From Somniosus microcephalus (taxonomy: Eukaryota), in the NCBI GenBank assembly GCA_052327205.1, contig CM126215.1, positions 62,496,001 to 62,560,000 on the forward strand: a stretch of 64,000 nt of DNA, in the 5' to 3' direction. Positions within the stretch are counted from its first letter, which is position 1; each line of letters opens with the position of its first letter. Below, piece by piece: positions 51,358-63,628 of the stretch. The position numbers and the translations under genes were made by a program. A model generated the notes under the pieces. That model had not been told where the DNA came from and did not search any database. It saw only the letters and a program-made list of their open reading frames with translations.

Positions 51358-51704
51358 AACGTTCTAACAACCTTAAATATATTTCCCCAAATACACAAGG
51401 GACCAAGCCCAAGCAATTGATTACTATGTCTGCTACCAACAGGCTAACATCCAACATCAAGCTTATTCTTACTGTTGCATGGCCACGACAGCATTCTTAT
51501 CAGCTGTTTTTAGGCATAAACAGTCTATAACCGAGGCAGTATCCTTTTGTTTGCCTTTTCTAGAGTACCTAGGCAATATCTCAATCTACAGATAGAACGT
51601 CCCGAATCCGGCAACCTCGGGACCGAGGCCGAGCTGGTTTTCGGGTTTTTCCGGACTACGGAATGTGTTTCTGATGTCCAAAGTCTGGAAACGCCCGAGC
51701 CCTA

Positions 51705-54365
51705 ATTGCAATATTTTCGAAATAACAACAGAAAATGCTGGAAAAACTCAGCAGGCCAGGCAACATCCGTGGAGAGAGAAATAGAGTCAATGTTTCAGGT
51801 CGAAACCCTTCGTCAGGACTGAAAAAACACAGGAAATGAAACAGATTGAAAGGTCAGTTCGGGGGGCTGGGAAATGGGGATGAAAGAACAAAAGAGAAGT
51901 GAAGAGACATTAAGAGGTATTCAGAACGAGACGAGATGGTACAGGACTAGTAAAGAGACAAAAGACGGTTCTAGATGAGGTGTGAAATGCGCAGGCAGAA
52001 TGAGAGACAGCTGCCATGTGGGAGAGAAAAAAGGGGGAAGGGCACAAAACAAAGGTGTGGATAAAAAATATATATAAAAATGTAATGGGGGCCGAGGTTA
52101 TGATCTGAAATTGTTGAACTCGAGATTGAGTCCGGAAGGCTGTAAAGTGCCAAATCGGAAGATGAGGTGCTGTTCCTCGAGCTTACGCTGGGTTTCCGTG
52201 GAACAATGCAAGAGCCCGAGTACAGTGAGGTCTGAGTGGGAATGGGGCGGTGAATTAAAATGACCGGCGACCGGAAGCTCGGGGGTCACCCTTACGGACT
52301 GAACGGAGGTGTTCCGCAAAGCGGTCACCCAATCTGCATTTGGTCTCCCGAATGTAGAGGAGCACACGTCGTAAGCAGCGAATACAGTATACTAGATTGC
52401 AAGAAGTACAAGTAAATCGCTGTTTCACTGGAAGGGTGTTTGGGGCCCTGGACAGTGGGAAGGGGGGAGGTATAAGGGCAGGTGTTGCATCTCCTGCGCT
52501 TGCATGGGAAGGTGCCGGGCAAAGGGGAAGGGGTGCTGGGGGTGATAGAGGAGTGGACTAGGGTGTCTCGGAGGGAGCGGTCCTACGGAATGCTGAAAAG
52601 GGAAGATGCGTTTGGTGGTGGGATCACGTTGGAGGTGGCGGAGGATGATCCGTTGAATGTGAAGGCTGGTGGGGTGAAAGGTGAGGACAAGGGAACCCTA
52701 TTGTGGTTCCGGGAGGGAGGGGCAGGGGTGAGGGCAGAAGTGCGGGAGATAGAACGGACACGGTCGAGGGCCGTGTCAACCACGGTAGAGGGGAATCCTC
52801 GGTTGAGGAAAAAGGAAGACATGTCGGATGCACTGGTGTTGAAGCTGGCATCGTCGGAGCAGATGCGGCGGAGACGGAGAAACTGGGAGAATGGAATAGA
52901 GTCCTTACAGGAGGCGGGGTGGGAGGAAGTGTAGTCCAGGTAGCTGGGGGAGTCAGTGGGCTTGTAGTGAATGTTGGTCAATAACCTATCCCCAGAGATG
53001 GAGATGGAGAGTCGAGGAAGGGAAGGGAAGAGTCAGAGATGGACATGTGAAGGTGAGGGAAGGGTGGAAATTGGAGGCAAAGTGAATGAAATTGTTTAGT
53101 TCAGGGAGAGAGCAGGAAACGGCACCGATACAGTCATCAATGTACCAGAAAAAGAGGTGAGGGAGGGGACCCGAGTAGGACTGGAATAAAGAGTGTTCCA
53201 CATATCCCACGAAAAGGCAGGCATAGCTAGGACCCATGCGGGTACCCATAGCAACACCTTTGATTTGGAGGAAATGAGTGGAGTCAAAGGAGAAGTTGTT
53301 CAATGTGAGAACAAGTTCAGCCAGGCGGAGGAGGGTGGTGGTGGATGGGGACTAGTTGGGCCTCTGTTCAAGGAAGAAGCGGAGCGCCCTCAGGCCATCC
53401 TGGTGGGGGATGGAGGTGTAGAGGGATTGTATGTCCATGGTGAAAAGGAGGCAGTTGGGGCCAGGAAACTGGAAACTGTTAAAGTGGCGGAGGGCGTCAG
53501 AAGAGTCGCGGATGTAGGTGGGAAGAGACCAGACAAGGGGAGAAAAGATAGAGTCGAGATAGGAAGAGATAAGTTCCGTGGGGCAAGAACAGGCTGAAAC
53601 GATGGGTCTACCAGGGCAGTCCTGTTTGTGGATCTTGGGAAGGAGGTAGAAGCGGGCTGTGCGGGGTTGGGGAACTATGAGGTTGGTGGCCACGGGGGGA
53701 AGATCTCCAGAGGAGATGAGGTCAGTGACAGTCTTGGAAACAGTGGTTTGATGTTCGGTAGTGGGGTCATGGTCCAGGTGGAGGTAGGAGGAGGTGTCAG
53801 AGAGTTGGTCTTCAGCTTCCGCTAGGTAGAGGTCGGTTCGCCAAACAACAACAGCACCACCCTTGTCAGCAGGTTTAATGACAATGTCGGGGTTGCATCT
53901 GAGAGAATGGAGTGCTGCAAGTTCAGAGGGAGGTAGGTTGGAGTGAGCGAGGGGAGCAGAGAAATGGAGACAGCCGATGTCACGGCGGCAGTTAGCAATG
54001 AAAAGATCCAGAGAGAGTAAGAGGCCAGGGGGAGGGGTCCAGGTAGAACGGGAATTCTGAAAGCAGAAGAAAGGGTCAGCCGTGCGGGGGGAAGACTCCT
54101 GGCCAGAGAAGTGGGCACGGAGATGAAGGCGGCGGAAAAAGAGCTCAACATCATGCCGAGCTCGAAATTCATTGAGGTGGGGCATAAGGGGATGAAGCTC
54201 AGGCCTTTGCTGAGGACTGATCGTTCGGGGGAAGGTCAGAGGGGATAGTGAAAACGCGGCAGGGGGTGAGATTGGGAGAAGGGGGGTCAGAGGAAAGTGA
54301 AGGGGAAGAAGGTTCCGGAGGAGTGTTGGTGTTCAAGAGTTGATGAAGCTTGCGATCCTTGACAT
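51705..54365 (-). mobile_element. 5'-truncated Penelope-like element, Neptune-type (RT, Cys-rich linker, GIY-YIG endonuclease)
   Basis: IKPADKGGAVV, LPKIHK..PGRPIVS, FTMDIQSLYTSIPH, GVAMGTRMGPSYA, YIDD, CKRRRCNTC, VYCIRC..LYIRETK..LGDRFAEH, VAGHF. Frameshifted. Confidence 0.92.
51785..51820 (-). ncRNA. Minimal hammerhead ribozyme-like motif in the PLE terminal repeat
   Basis: Minus strand AGTC-CTGACGA-AGGGT-TTCG-ACCT-GAAA-CATT-GACT: helix I AGTC/GACT, CUGANGA and GAAA core, helix II with a UUCG loop. Confidence 0.65.
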
Positions 54366-57300
54366 CGGAAAGGCAGAAAAAATATTTCCGGACTTCGCAC
54401 ATCAGAAACACGTGCCGAGTCCGGAAATGCCTGGGCCCAGGTTCCAGTTTTTGGTAAGCCTCCCTCAGGGTGTCCGGATTCCAGAACATTTTACAGATTC
54501 CGGACCACTGCCACCAATCGTCTTGATTCCGGAACATTCTGGATTCCGGAACTCCGGATTTGGGACGCTCAACCTGTATTATATATCAATTTTACTTATT
54601 TCCTTTTGAAGTGGCAATGTATTTGTTGGTTATGAGTTAGTATATCTGACTGTACAGAGAAGTTCTTTTAAGGCTAATTATTTACCAGTGGTAAATTAGA
54701 TGCTAACTTAAATTTGATCTTAAAATGTCTCTTGAGGTTTTACCACAATAATGAAAAACAGATAAAGTCCAGAACTTACCTCATTACCAGTAGATATTAC
54801 TAGCTGAACATATAATAGACTTTTCCTAATGCAAATAAGTCTGAATTAATATATTAAAAATGTTAATTCTCTAACAATTACAAGCTTTTTTGGGTAGGTT
54901 ACTTTAACCTTTTGGTTGCACCATTAGACTTTTCTCCTGAGTTGTACTTTTGCCTGGTTATGAACTTTCTACTTGCTCCCAATTCTTCACCACACTTCAG
55001 CTAGATGCTGGGTGGCAGAAGATAGTAGATTGGTGTTAAATCTAGTTCAGATTTTCCTTCTCCTTTCTGAAGAGACACCTGGTTCCCTGCTCAATATCTA
55101 TCTCTACCTGCATAGCTGAGATCAGAAACACCGCGGCATGGGACCTGCACCCATTAACTCCATTGTACACTGCCCTAGAAGTTTACTAACTTTAATCGCT
55201 AATAAATCTAGTGGCTCTTATGTTTTATAAGGATGTTCACTGGTGTATTCACCACCCTAAGTATTAGGCTCTTGGTAGCAGACATAGTAATCAATTACTT
55301 GGTCCCTTGTGTATTTGGGGAAACATATTTAAGGTTGCTAGAACATTGGCCTGGATTTTAGCCCAGAGGCGAGTTCCATGCGGGGGCGCATGTTTGAGGT
55401 CTGGAAACCCAGAAGAACGGGTTTTCCAAATGTCCTGCAGTGTTTAACTGCAGGGCTCCTTTAAAAAAAAAAAAAATTCTGTTGGTTTCCTGCAAACAGA
55501 TTTTTAAAATTAATTTTTTGCTTTGATAATGGGAATTGATTAGATATGGGAAATGTTTTATTTTGCCATGAAAACCCTATTAAGTGTGACTTTGGTTAAT
55601 AAATGTAATCTAATGTGAGAAAGAGGGCAGGGAATCTGATCTTAAAAGTGTGAGTTCCTGATTTCATTCAAGTTGTTGTTTGGAAGTGCAGAACAAAAAT
55701 GAAGTGTTTTGTCACAGTCATGGAGGGAAGATAGCACACTCATCCCTGGCTGCTGCTGCCCACTTTCTAGTGGTGTTACTGACTGACGTTAGTCTGGGGT
55801 ATGGTCACTTGTTGAACACCTTAGTGTGGCTGACACGCTGCATGATGCAGAGCACCCTGAGGAAAGGAGAGAAAACATAAGCTATCATAAAGTAATGAGA
55901 TAATGAACTCTTTGTCACACCAGAGTAAATTTATTAGCCAAATCACTTGGAATAGGATCTCAAGTAACATAGTTCTAATGGTTCAATTGATGTCTGAAGT
56001 TAAACCTTTTTAGCTAAGCAAATAGCTAAGCTGACAGACTAAGTGGTCAACCAAATCAGAAACATGCTAGTTAAGAAGTATAATACCCACCCAGTTGTTT
56101 ATGGATGAAGAAGCTGAAAAATTAGGATATTACAAAAAAAAATAGACTGTTGCATAGAAAGCATAAGTAGCAGAACATTCTTTGACAAAATAAAGAAGTA
56201 GGAAGTACTTGTAATGGCCTAATTAATACAAAATCATCAATAACTTTAATTCATGACAAGAGTTTCAACTGATTGATTTCTGAGCAACCAACTTAGCCAA
56301 ATAATATCGAAGAATGTTCTGTAAGGTCTTCAAGGTCTGAATCTTCAAAGATTCATGTAGGTTGTAATCCAATTAGACAGATGTTTCTGACAATCATGAC
56401 TTGTGTGGCCAAAAGTTCCAACTCGGACTTTATTTTGGTATGCTATTTTTAAATAAAATTTTGACTGTGAGTGCACGGGTCTCACAAGTGAAAGGAAACC
56501 AGGCAGGTGGGTTGCTAATATCGCCAAAGTTACTTATCTGCCCTGAAGTTGCTGGTAGCTGGCTGGTTCGGAAAATTTCTACTGCTGAACTGAGTTTCTA
56601 ACTCACACCACTGCTCAACTGCCAAAAACTGGCCCGCGGTTAAAATCGGGGCAACCAATTGAAACGCTGCAAGCTCACACTCTACTCAGAAGGAAAAGCT
56701 ACAATTGCTATTGAAAATTTCTGATATGTTTGTTCAAGACAAGAGTGACAGACTACTGCAATCTTTGATCTATTGAAGAAGCACATATTGTATGACAACA
56801 GCCTAATCACATTCCATGGTGTTTCGTGAAAGGAAATCAAGCATGATATTGATTAAATGAGCTCAGTACTAACCCATATGAATCCTGATGATTCTAATGA
56901 ATAAAAAGGTCTCACCCGTCCCTGTAATCTCCTCCAGCCCTATAACCCCTCCCAGAACTCTGCATTCCTCCAATTCCAGATAGGAACTTTTATGGTGATT
57001 ATAAGAACCTTGAATTTAAATGAGATGATATTCATTTTCAGGAAGTGATATATTAAGTGTCCTTAACGTAGTCTTATTTTCTGGAGCTGAATTTTTGGAA
57101 TTGTAACATTTCTTTACAATATCCCCATTTCTTCTATTTCTCTGGTTTGAGAACAAATTTTGTTTCAATACATTTTTAAATATTCATCCTCGGTATGTGG
57201 TTGTCACTGGCAAGACCAACAATTATTGCCTATCCCTAGTTGCCCTTCAGAGGGCAGGTAAGATTCGACCATATTTTTGTGGGACCAGAGTCCCACATAG

Positions 57301-58858
57301 GCCAAACTGGTTTCCTTCCCGAGTGAGCCAGTTGGGTTTTTGTGAGATTCTGACAGCTTTTACTGGCACCAGCTTTTTAATTTCCAGATTTATTTTAAAC
57401 TGAATTCAAATTCTCAAACTTCCATGGTGGGATTTGAATTCACATTAATTTGAACTCATATTGAACCCAGGGATTACAAGTCCAGTAACTTACTGTAGCC
57501 ATACTAATACTGATATTCCATGGCTTTGATATGGGAATACATTCATTGTTACTTGTACAGATAGAGATATATTTTTATCTTGCATTGTGACCATGATTAG
57601 AGTATGTGATATCCAATTCTTAAGATCATATTGTATGTTGAACTTTGAATCATATAAGAGGAACTGCTGTCATCAACTCTCAAAAAAACACATCTTTCAT
57701 AACTCTGCTGTCATTAACTACCTCCTCATCTCCAACCTTCCTTTCATCTCCAGGGTTATCAGATATTGTTGTCTCCCATATCTGTGCCCAGCTTTCCCAC
57801 AAGTCTCTGTTTGAATCCTTCCAACCAGATTTCTGCCCCTCCCACAGCTTAAATTCCGCTGATTCGATCTCTTGTGCTCCCCTCCCCCACTCTCCCCCCA
57901 CCCCACTCCAGCCCCCTAGCTCCCGCTCTCTGAAAGTACCTTCCTAAACCCCTCCACCTCCCTTTCCTACTTTAAGACTCTCCTTGAAAAACACCTCTTT
58001 AACCACCTCCTAATCTCTCCTTCTTTTGCTTGAGATCTGTTTTTTTTCTCTCGAGAAACACCTTGGGATGTTTATCTGTGTCAAAGGTGCTAACTAAATG
58101 CAAGTTGCAGTTGGGGAACTACATCTGAGCACTGGTCCAAAACAGAGATCCAAAGGTGTAAAATGGAATACTGTTCAAGAGAGTAAACTTGTTTGTAGAT
58201 TGTGCCATATTGCATCCTCACAACCTATTGCCATCCCAACAGCAGGTCACTTGGGTTTTAGCAAGATTTGAACAAAATGGCCAAATTATATCAAGTATAT
58301 GAAAAGCTGTTCAATGGTTCTGCCATTTATAAAAGTCTAAAATAGAACCATTAGTTACAAGTTAGACTACAAAGTTTTTCCTGAAATAATAGGAATATAA
58401 ATTTGTAGCCCATTGGTTGTATTTAAGAAAGGAAATAATTTAATTCTGTCCTATAGTCATTATTTTACCAAATAACCTGAAGCTTTTACTATATCAAATC
58501 AAGAGACTAATGTGGTGCTCAAAGTCGCTTTATAAGCATAATAAGTGGTGACCGGATGTACTCTCTTCAAGCCAGAACATAGATTTTGAATTGCTGGTTA
58601 TACAGAAAATATGGTATTTGCTACAGATTCAAAAAGAAACAAAGATTACTGCAGTTGGAGTGAATAGAACACAATGCGGCTTTATATATGTGGTAAATAT
58701 CTGTGGTAAATATAAGTTTCAGTCCTTTTGATTGGTGGATAGACTGAGACATATATTTGCCATCTATGGCTTTTTGAAGTAGTATTAGGTGCCCACAGAA
58801 TTTGATTATTTCTTAAGAGAAGTGGGAGTGCTCAGTGACACATTTAGAAGTTCTTCTG

Positions 58859-58995
58859 CCAGAACTGATGAAAGGTCATCAACCTGAAACGTTAACCCTG
58901 TTTCTCTCTCCACAGATGCTGCCTGACCTGCTGAGCATTTCCAGCATTTTCTGTTTTTATTTCAGATTTCCAGTATTTGCAATATTTTGCTTTTG
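58859..58995 (+). mobile_element. 137-bp solo PLE terminal repeat with hammerhead-like core and 14-bp TSD
   Basis: CTGATGA-AAGGT-CATCA-ACCT-GAAA-CGTT at 58865-58893. Perfect direct repeat TAGAAGTTCTTCTG at 58845-58858 and 58996-59009. Homologous to the end of the 51705-54365 PLE. Confidence 0.8.
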
Positions 58996-59428
58996 TAGAA
59001 GTTCTTCTGATTATCCTCACTCTATAACAAGATATTTTGAACATTTGCAGAAGAGACTAATGAAAGAATACTCTTTAGCAAGAGATATATTTAATCTGTC
59101 ATGGAGATACCAAAAAATCTTACAGTTAATATTTATACTTTTTTTTGTTTGGTGAACATGTTTGGTGTTAAATATAAGTCAAGCAAAAAGGGCTATCTTT
59201 AATTTTTTGAAGCATTTATCTGCATCACTTTAGGAAATGTTAAAAAGATTCTCTGTGCTTTCAATTCATTCTAAATCAGTATCAGGTAACTTTCATAGAG
59301 GAGAAATTGGTAGATAGCCATCATTCTCAGCCATGTACTGATGAATTAGATGCTTGTGAAATCTGTCTGTCATCTGAACAGTAAGTAACTGTGAGGCAGT
59401 AAAATTACAGAAAGTTATGAAAAATGTT

Positions 59429-59568
59429 GGGGGTGAAATTTGTCTCGGGCGGTAGTGCATTGGCAGCCCATTTTACACTCCACACAAAGATAATCGGGCA
59501 TAGTTTAAAATGGGCTGCCAATGCGCTATCGCCCATTTTGCATTATGCCCACGACAAATTTCACTCTC
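59429..59568. mobile_element. Short hairpin-like MITE
   Basis: Ends GGGGTGAAATTTGTC / GACAAATTTCACTCTC, internal inverted repeat GCATTGGCAGCCCATTTTA / TAAAATGGGCTGCCAATGC. Confidence 0.6.
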
Positions 59569-61749
59569 ATTCTAATTGTACTATCTTGCATTCAAGATTT
59601 GAATTGATTACTGAACTCTATTAATGAGGAATTCTGCAGGGGAGGAACAAGAATCAATTTAAACCTCAAGGTTTTATAATATTTAATCAGCAGAATAGTA
59701 ATGAGATTATCGCTAGAACGATCAACTTTGACAGGGGAGTAAAATGGGCAATATCAAATTGGCCCCCTGTTTTACATCTAGCCCAGTTCTCCTTTCCATT
59801 GAAGTTGATGGGAAATAATTTTTGCTATTAATTTAAAAGGTACGAAGCAAGTTTTCCAATGACTCAGTTGGTAAGTGCACTGTCCAATGTGCTAGAGTCA
59901 GATAGACCAGGGAAGTCATAGGTCCAGTCTGTGTTGACTTCTGCCACAAAAATTTCCCCAGGCTAGAGAAGGGCAAAATCAACCAAGGTTGCTGTCCCTG
60001 ATGCCCATCCAGTGATTCCTTCTGGAAATTATCCATTGTATAATGTAGGATGATCAGACCTACCAAGTAGTTTGCCAATACTTACTATCTGGGCTAACAC
60101 ATGAAGAACACTCGCTTCAGTGAGATATGGCAATGTGAAAATTATAGGGAGGGTAAAGATATTGTAGCAACTGATACTTGATTTTCTTTTTAAAAAATGA
60201 ATGAAAAATGTCAGTACTGGGAAATGGCAGAGTTTTCTGTTCTCTCTATGCACTGTCAGCATCAAACCCTACCAGGTCAGGTAGACCATGGATAGATGCA
60301 GAGTAAACCTCCTTCTACTCTGCTCCAAGAATGGACTTCAACCTAAACCTCAGAAAGAACACCTCAACTGGATTGACAAATATTTTTCCACTTCCCACAG
60401 TAGCAATTCTTGTAATATCTCCAAATAAGACTAACACTTTGTGCTGAGTTGGGGGTAGTTTTGTGCTGTGGACATACAGCCACCAGTGGTTTAGGAGTGC
60501 CTGAACTATTTCACATGGGTCTTTTACATCTAGCAAAAAAAGTCTAATCACATCCACCTGGTCAGGACTTAGAAGTGCAAATGCAATAGTATTAACCAGT
60601 GCACCATGCAGTCCATGGAGAATTCATTTATATATATATATATATAGATAAATATATTTTTTAATTACTGTTTTATAAATGATCAGGCAGTGTCGATATT
60701 TTAGGAAGCAGATCGATTCACAAGAGACTAACGTTTCATTTGAAAAGGTGATGTGTTTGACAGTTATTGAAATCAAGCTATTGATTTCTGTTTTACTTTC
60801 TGGCAGCATTTCTCACTTTCTGCAATGATGTTAACAGATGAAGCAACGCATGAGCCCCGATAATAACTGCGAGGCGGGGAGGGAGCCGGGAAGGGGGTGG
60901 GGTGGATAAGATTTAGTGACCGGGAAACCTGGAAGTACTGGTTTCCCGATGGTACTGCCGAATTCAACAGCAGGACCTGATTGAAATCTGTGACATGGAT
61001 TTCCCAGCTGCAGCGAGCCAGATTGGGAGTCGGGGGTCGCGGGTGGGGTGGGGATCGCGGGGGCGGAATCGCGGCTAGGGCGATGAGCGTGTTCGGTCGG
61101 TTAATCACGGCGGGGAGTTGGCCAATTGCGGCAGGCTTCGGTGGGCTGAATGCGGGGCAGTGGGAGGGGGCGGGAGCTTAGTCGTAAAAAACACTTGAAT
61201 ACAGGGCTTAAAGAGTCTGGGTGAGGCACAAATCCTATTCGAAGTACTCTCGGTTGCTACATTTTCTACATTGAGAGGAGCAATGCTTAAGACAGAATCC
61301 CTTTAAAGATGTTTACAGGTATATTAATTAAATCATTAAAAGGATATTCTTTGCGCTGGCGGGGTGGTCGGCCAATCGGATGGGAAGGCAGCAGCGGAGC
61401 GGAGCGGAAGTTAGGAATCCTCATAGCCTTTAGCAGGCAGACTTCGGCCGAGGTCTTGGGAATTTCAGAGAGTCCCTACTGCAGTTTATTGCTCCTGCCA
61501 TGAACTATTTAACATGGCTTCCGCCATTAAAACCCATTGCCAATACCCAAGTACATCTTATTAGTATACAATGCCATCCCTCAACATAAAATATTGACAC
61601 AATAGAATGAACCATTTCAATCTTAATAGCATGATTTTATAACCAGTCCCCACCCATGAACAGCCCAGTGTAGGAGGTAGGATAGTAAAGAACAGATTCT
61701 CTAAACTCTCCCCACAAATACAACGACACATAGGGGGATATTTTTCAAC

Positions 61750-62068
61750 ACTCGTCACACACACACATTCATGTGCATCGAAGATATACACCCCATATAT
61801 ATACACAAGACAGTACCCGACAAATACACACACACACATCCCAAATGCATGCACACAGACACACATCCCAAATGCATACACACACACACAACGTGCATAT
61901 AAATGTATACACACAGCGCAACACTCTCTACACATGCATGCAAATATATATACATCCCACACACAAACCCCCTAAACACACACTACACATGCATACACAA
62001 ATACACGCACACCCCAGACATACATACACTCATTTCAGACATACATACACTCACACCACACATATATA
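61750..62068. repeat. CA-rich low-complexity tract (continues at about 63630-63830)
   Basis: Degenerate (CA)n/(CATA)n. Confidence 0.85.
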
Positions 62069-62074
62069 AAAAGA

Positions 62075-63628
62075 AAAGAGACTTGCAATATATAGCGCCT
62101 TTCATGATCACTGGATGTCCCAAAGCACTTCACAACGAATTAATTACTCTTGAAGTGGAGTCACTGTTATAATGTAGGAAACGCGGCAGCCAATTTGCGC
62201 ACAGCAGGCTCCCACAAGCAGCAATTTGATAATGACCAGAGAATGTTGATTGTGGGATAAATATTGGCCAGGACACCAGGGATAACTCCCCTACTCTTCT
62301 TTGAAATAGTGCCATGGGATCTTTTACATTCACCCGAGAGAGTAGACAGGGCCTTGGTTTAACGTCTCAGCCAAAAGACGGCACCTCTGACAGTGCAGCA
62401 CTCAATTTCAATTCAATTCAATTCAAATCGCTTTATTGGCATGACAAGGTACATCTTATGTTGCCAAAGCATCGAAAAACATTCATGGTTGTACACAAAA
62501 ATACAGATCTATCCATACAGTGTATAAACAGATATATCCCTGAGTGTATAAATATACATTTATATAATTTGTATATACTCTTTTCTTATATTTAGTGGTT
62601 GTCCCTCTGTTTATGGCAAGCTGTAACATAGTGTGCCGCTACGGTTACACAATTTCTCTCTTCCCCTAGTAGGTATGGGAGTTTTTGGTCGTCATTCAAA
62701 TTTCTGAATTCCGGGCATATTTTTGTGAATTTTGGGTAGAAATTCTCCCTTATGCCCTGATATTTTCTACAAGCTGTGAGGAAGTGCATCTCTGTCTCCA
62801 CCACTCCCTGACTGCAGTGAGAGCATATCCTGTCCTCTCTTGGTAGCCGGGTCTGTCTGTGTCTACCTTTTTCGATCGCCAGGCTATGTTCACTAAGTCT
62901 GTACATTGTCAAGGTTTTTCTCAGTTTGCTATCCTTTACCCTGGTCAGGTAATCAGCCATGTTGTATTGTCTGTTTAGGGCCAAGTAGCAATTGAGTTTG
63001 CTTTGGGTTTTTGTTGTTTCTGCCCAATATGACAGATATTTTTCCTTTTGCTTAGCAACGATTGTGTTGGGTCGAATTCTTTGTGTTACGCTGTCACTGT
63101 CCTGGGGCTGGTTATTGTTAGTAGTGTTAGTAGTTACTTCACTGAGTCCCAGGACTAGTTGACTGAGGGTATTCTTCTTTATGGTCCTCTCTTGGCATTT
63201 CAGGGCTTCGTAATGATAGCATTGGGGGTTGTTCATTTCTAGGTGTTTCCAAAATTTGGTGGCTCTTTTTTGGATAGTGATTATTAATGGATATTGGCCT
63301 AGTTCTGCCCTGCATGCATTGTTTACGGTTTTCCTTTGAGTCCGGAGGATACTTTTACAGAATTCTGCATGTAGGATCTCAGTTGGGTGTTTGTCCCATT
63401 TTGCAAATTCTTGTTGTGTTAGTGGTCCCCACACCTCACTGACAGAGTGCAATTGGTTCAATTACTGATTTGAAAATTTTGAGCCAAATGCGAATTGGGA
63501 TTTCTATTTCCTTACTGCACTGGGAGTGTCAGCCTTGGTTTTTATGTTCCAGTCTCTGGAGTGGGACTTGAACCCACAACCTTCTGACTCAGAGGCGAGG
63601 GTGCCAACAATTGAGCAACAGCTGACAC
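62075..63628 (-). mobile_element. SacSINE1-type DeuSINE interrupted by a LINE
   Basis: tRNA-like head near 63628 (gagtcagaaggttgtgggttcaagtcccactccagagac on the minus strand), Deu-type body, L2-type tail. The pieces join as agtgcagcactc | ccttactgcactggg. Confidence 0.85.
62404..63509 (-). mobile_element. 5'-truncated non-LTR retrotransposon, probably RTE-X-like
   Basis: 289-aa stop-free C-terminal frame with NNACRAELG, RLSEHSLAIEKGRH and a C-terminal CCHC motif (CSHC..VETEMHFLTAC). AATAAA is followed by a (GAATT)n tail. Confidence 0.75.

Larger units (their letters stand above)
51589..54576. mobile_element. pogo/Tigger-like MITE interrupted by the PLE
   Basis: TA|CAGATAGAACGTCCCGAATCCGG ... 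CCGGATTTGGGACGCTCAACCTG|TA. The halves at 51589-51700 and about 54366-54576 are rich in TCCGGA and share an inverted atcagaaacac segment. Confidence 0.75.

Noticed and set aside
61561-62172. Cys/Val- and His/Thr-rich ORFs
   Set aside because: Translations of CA/TG low-complexity repeat.
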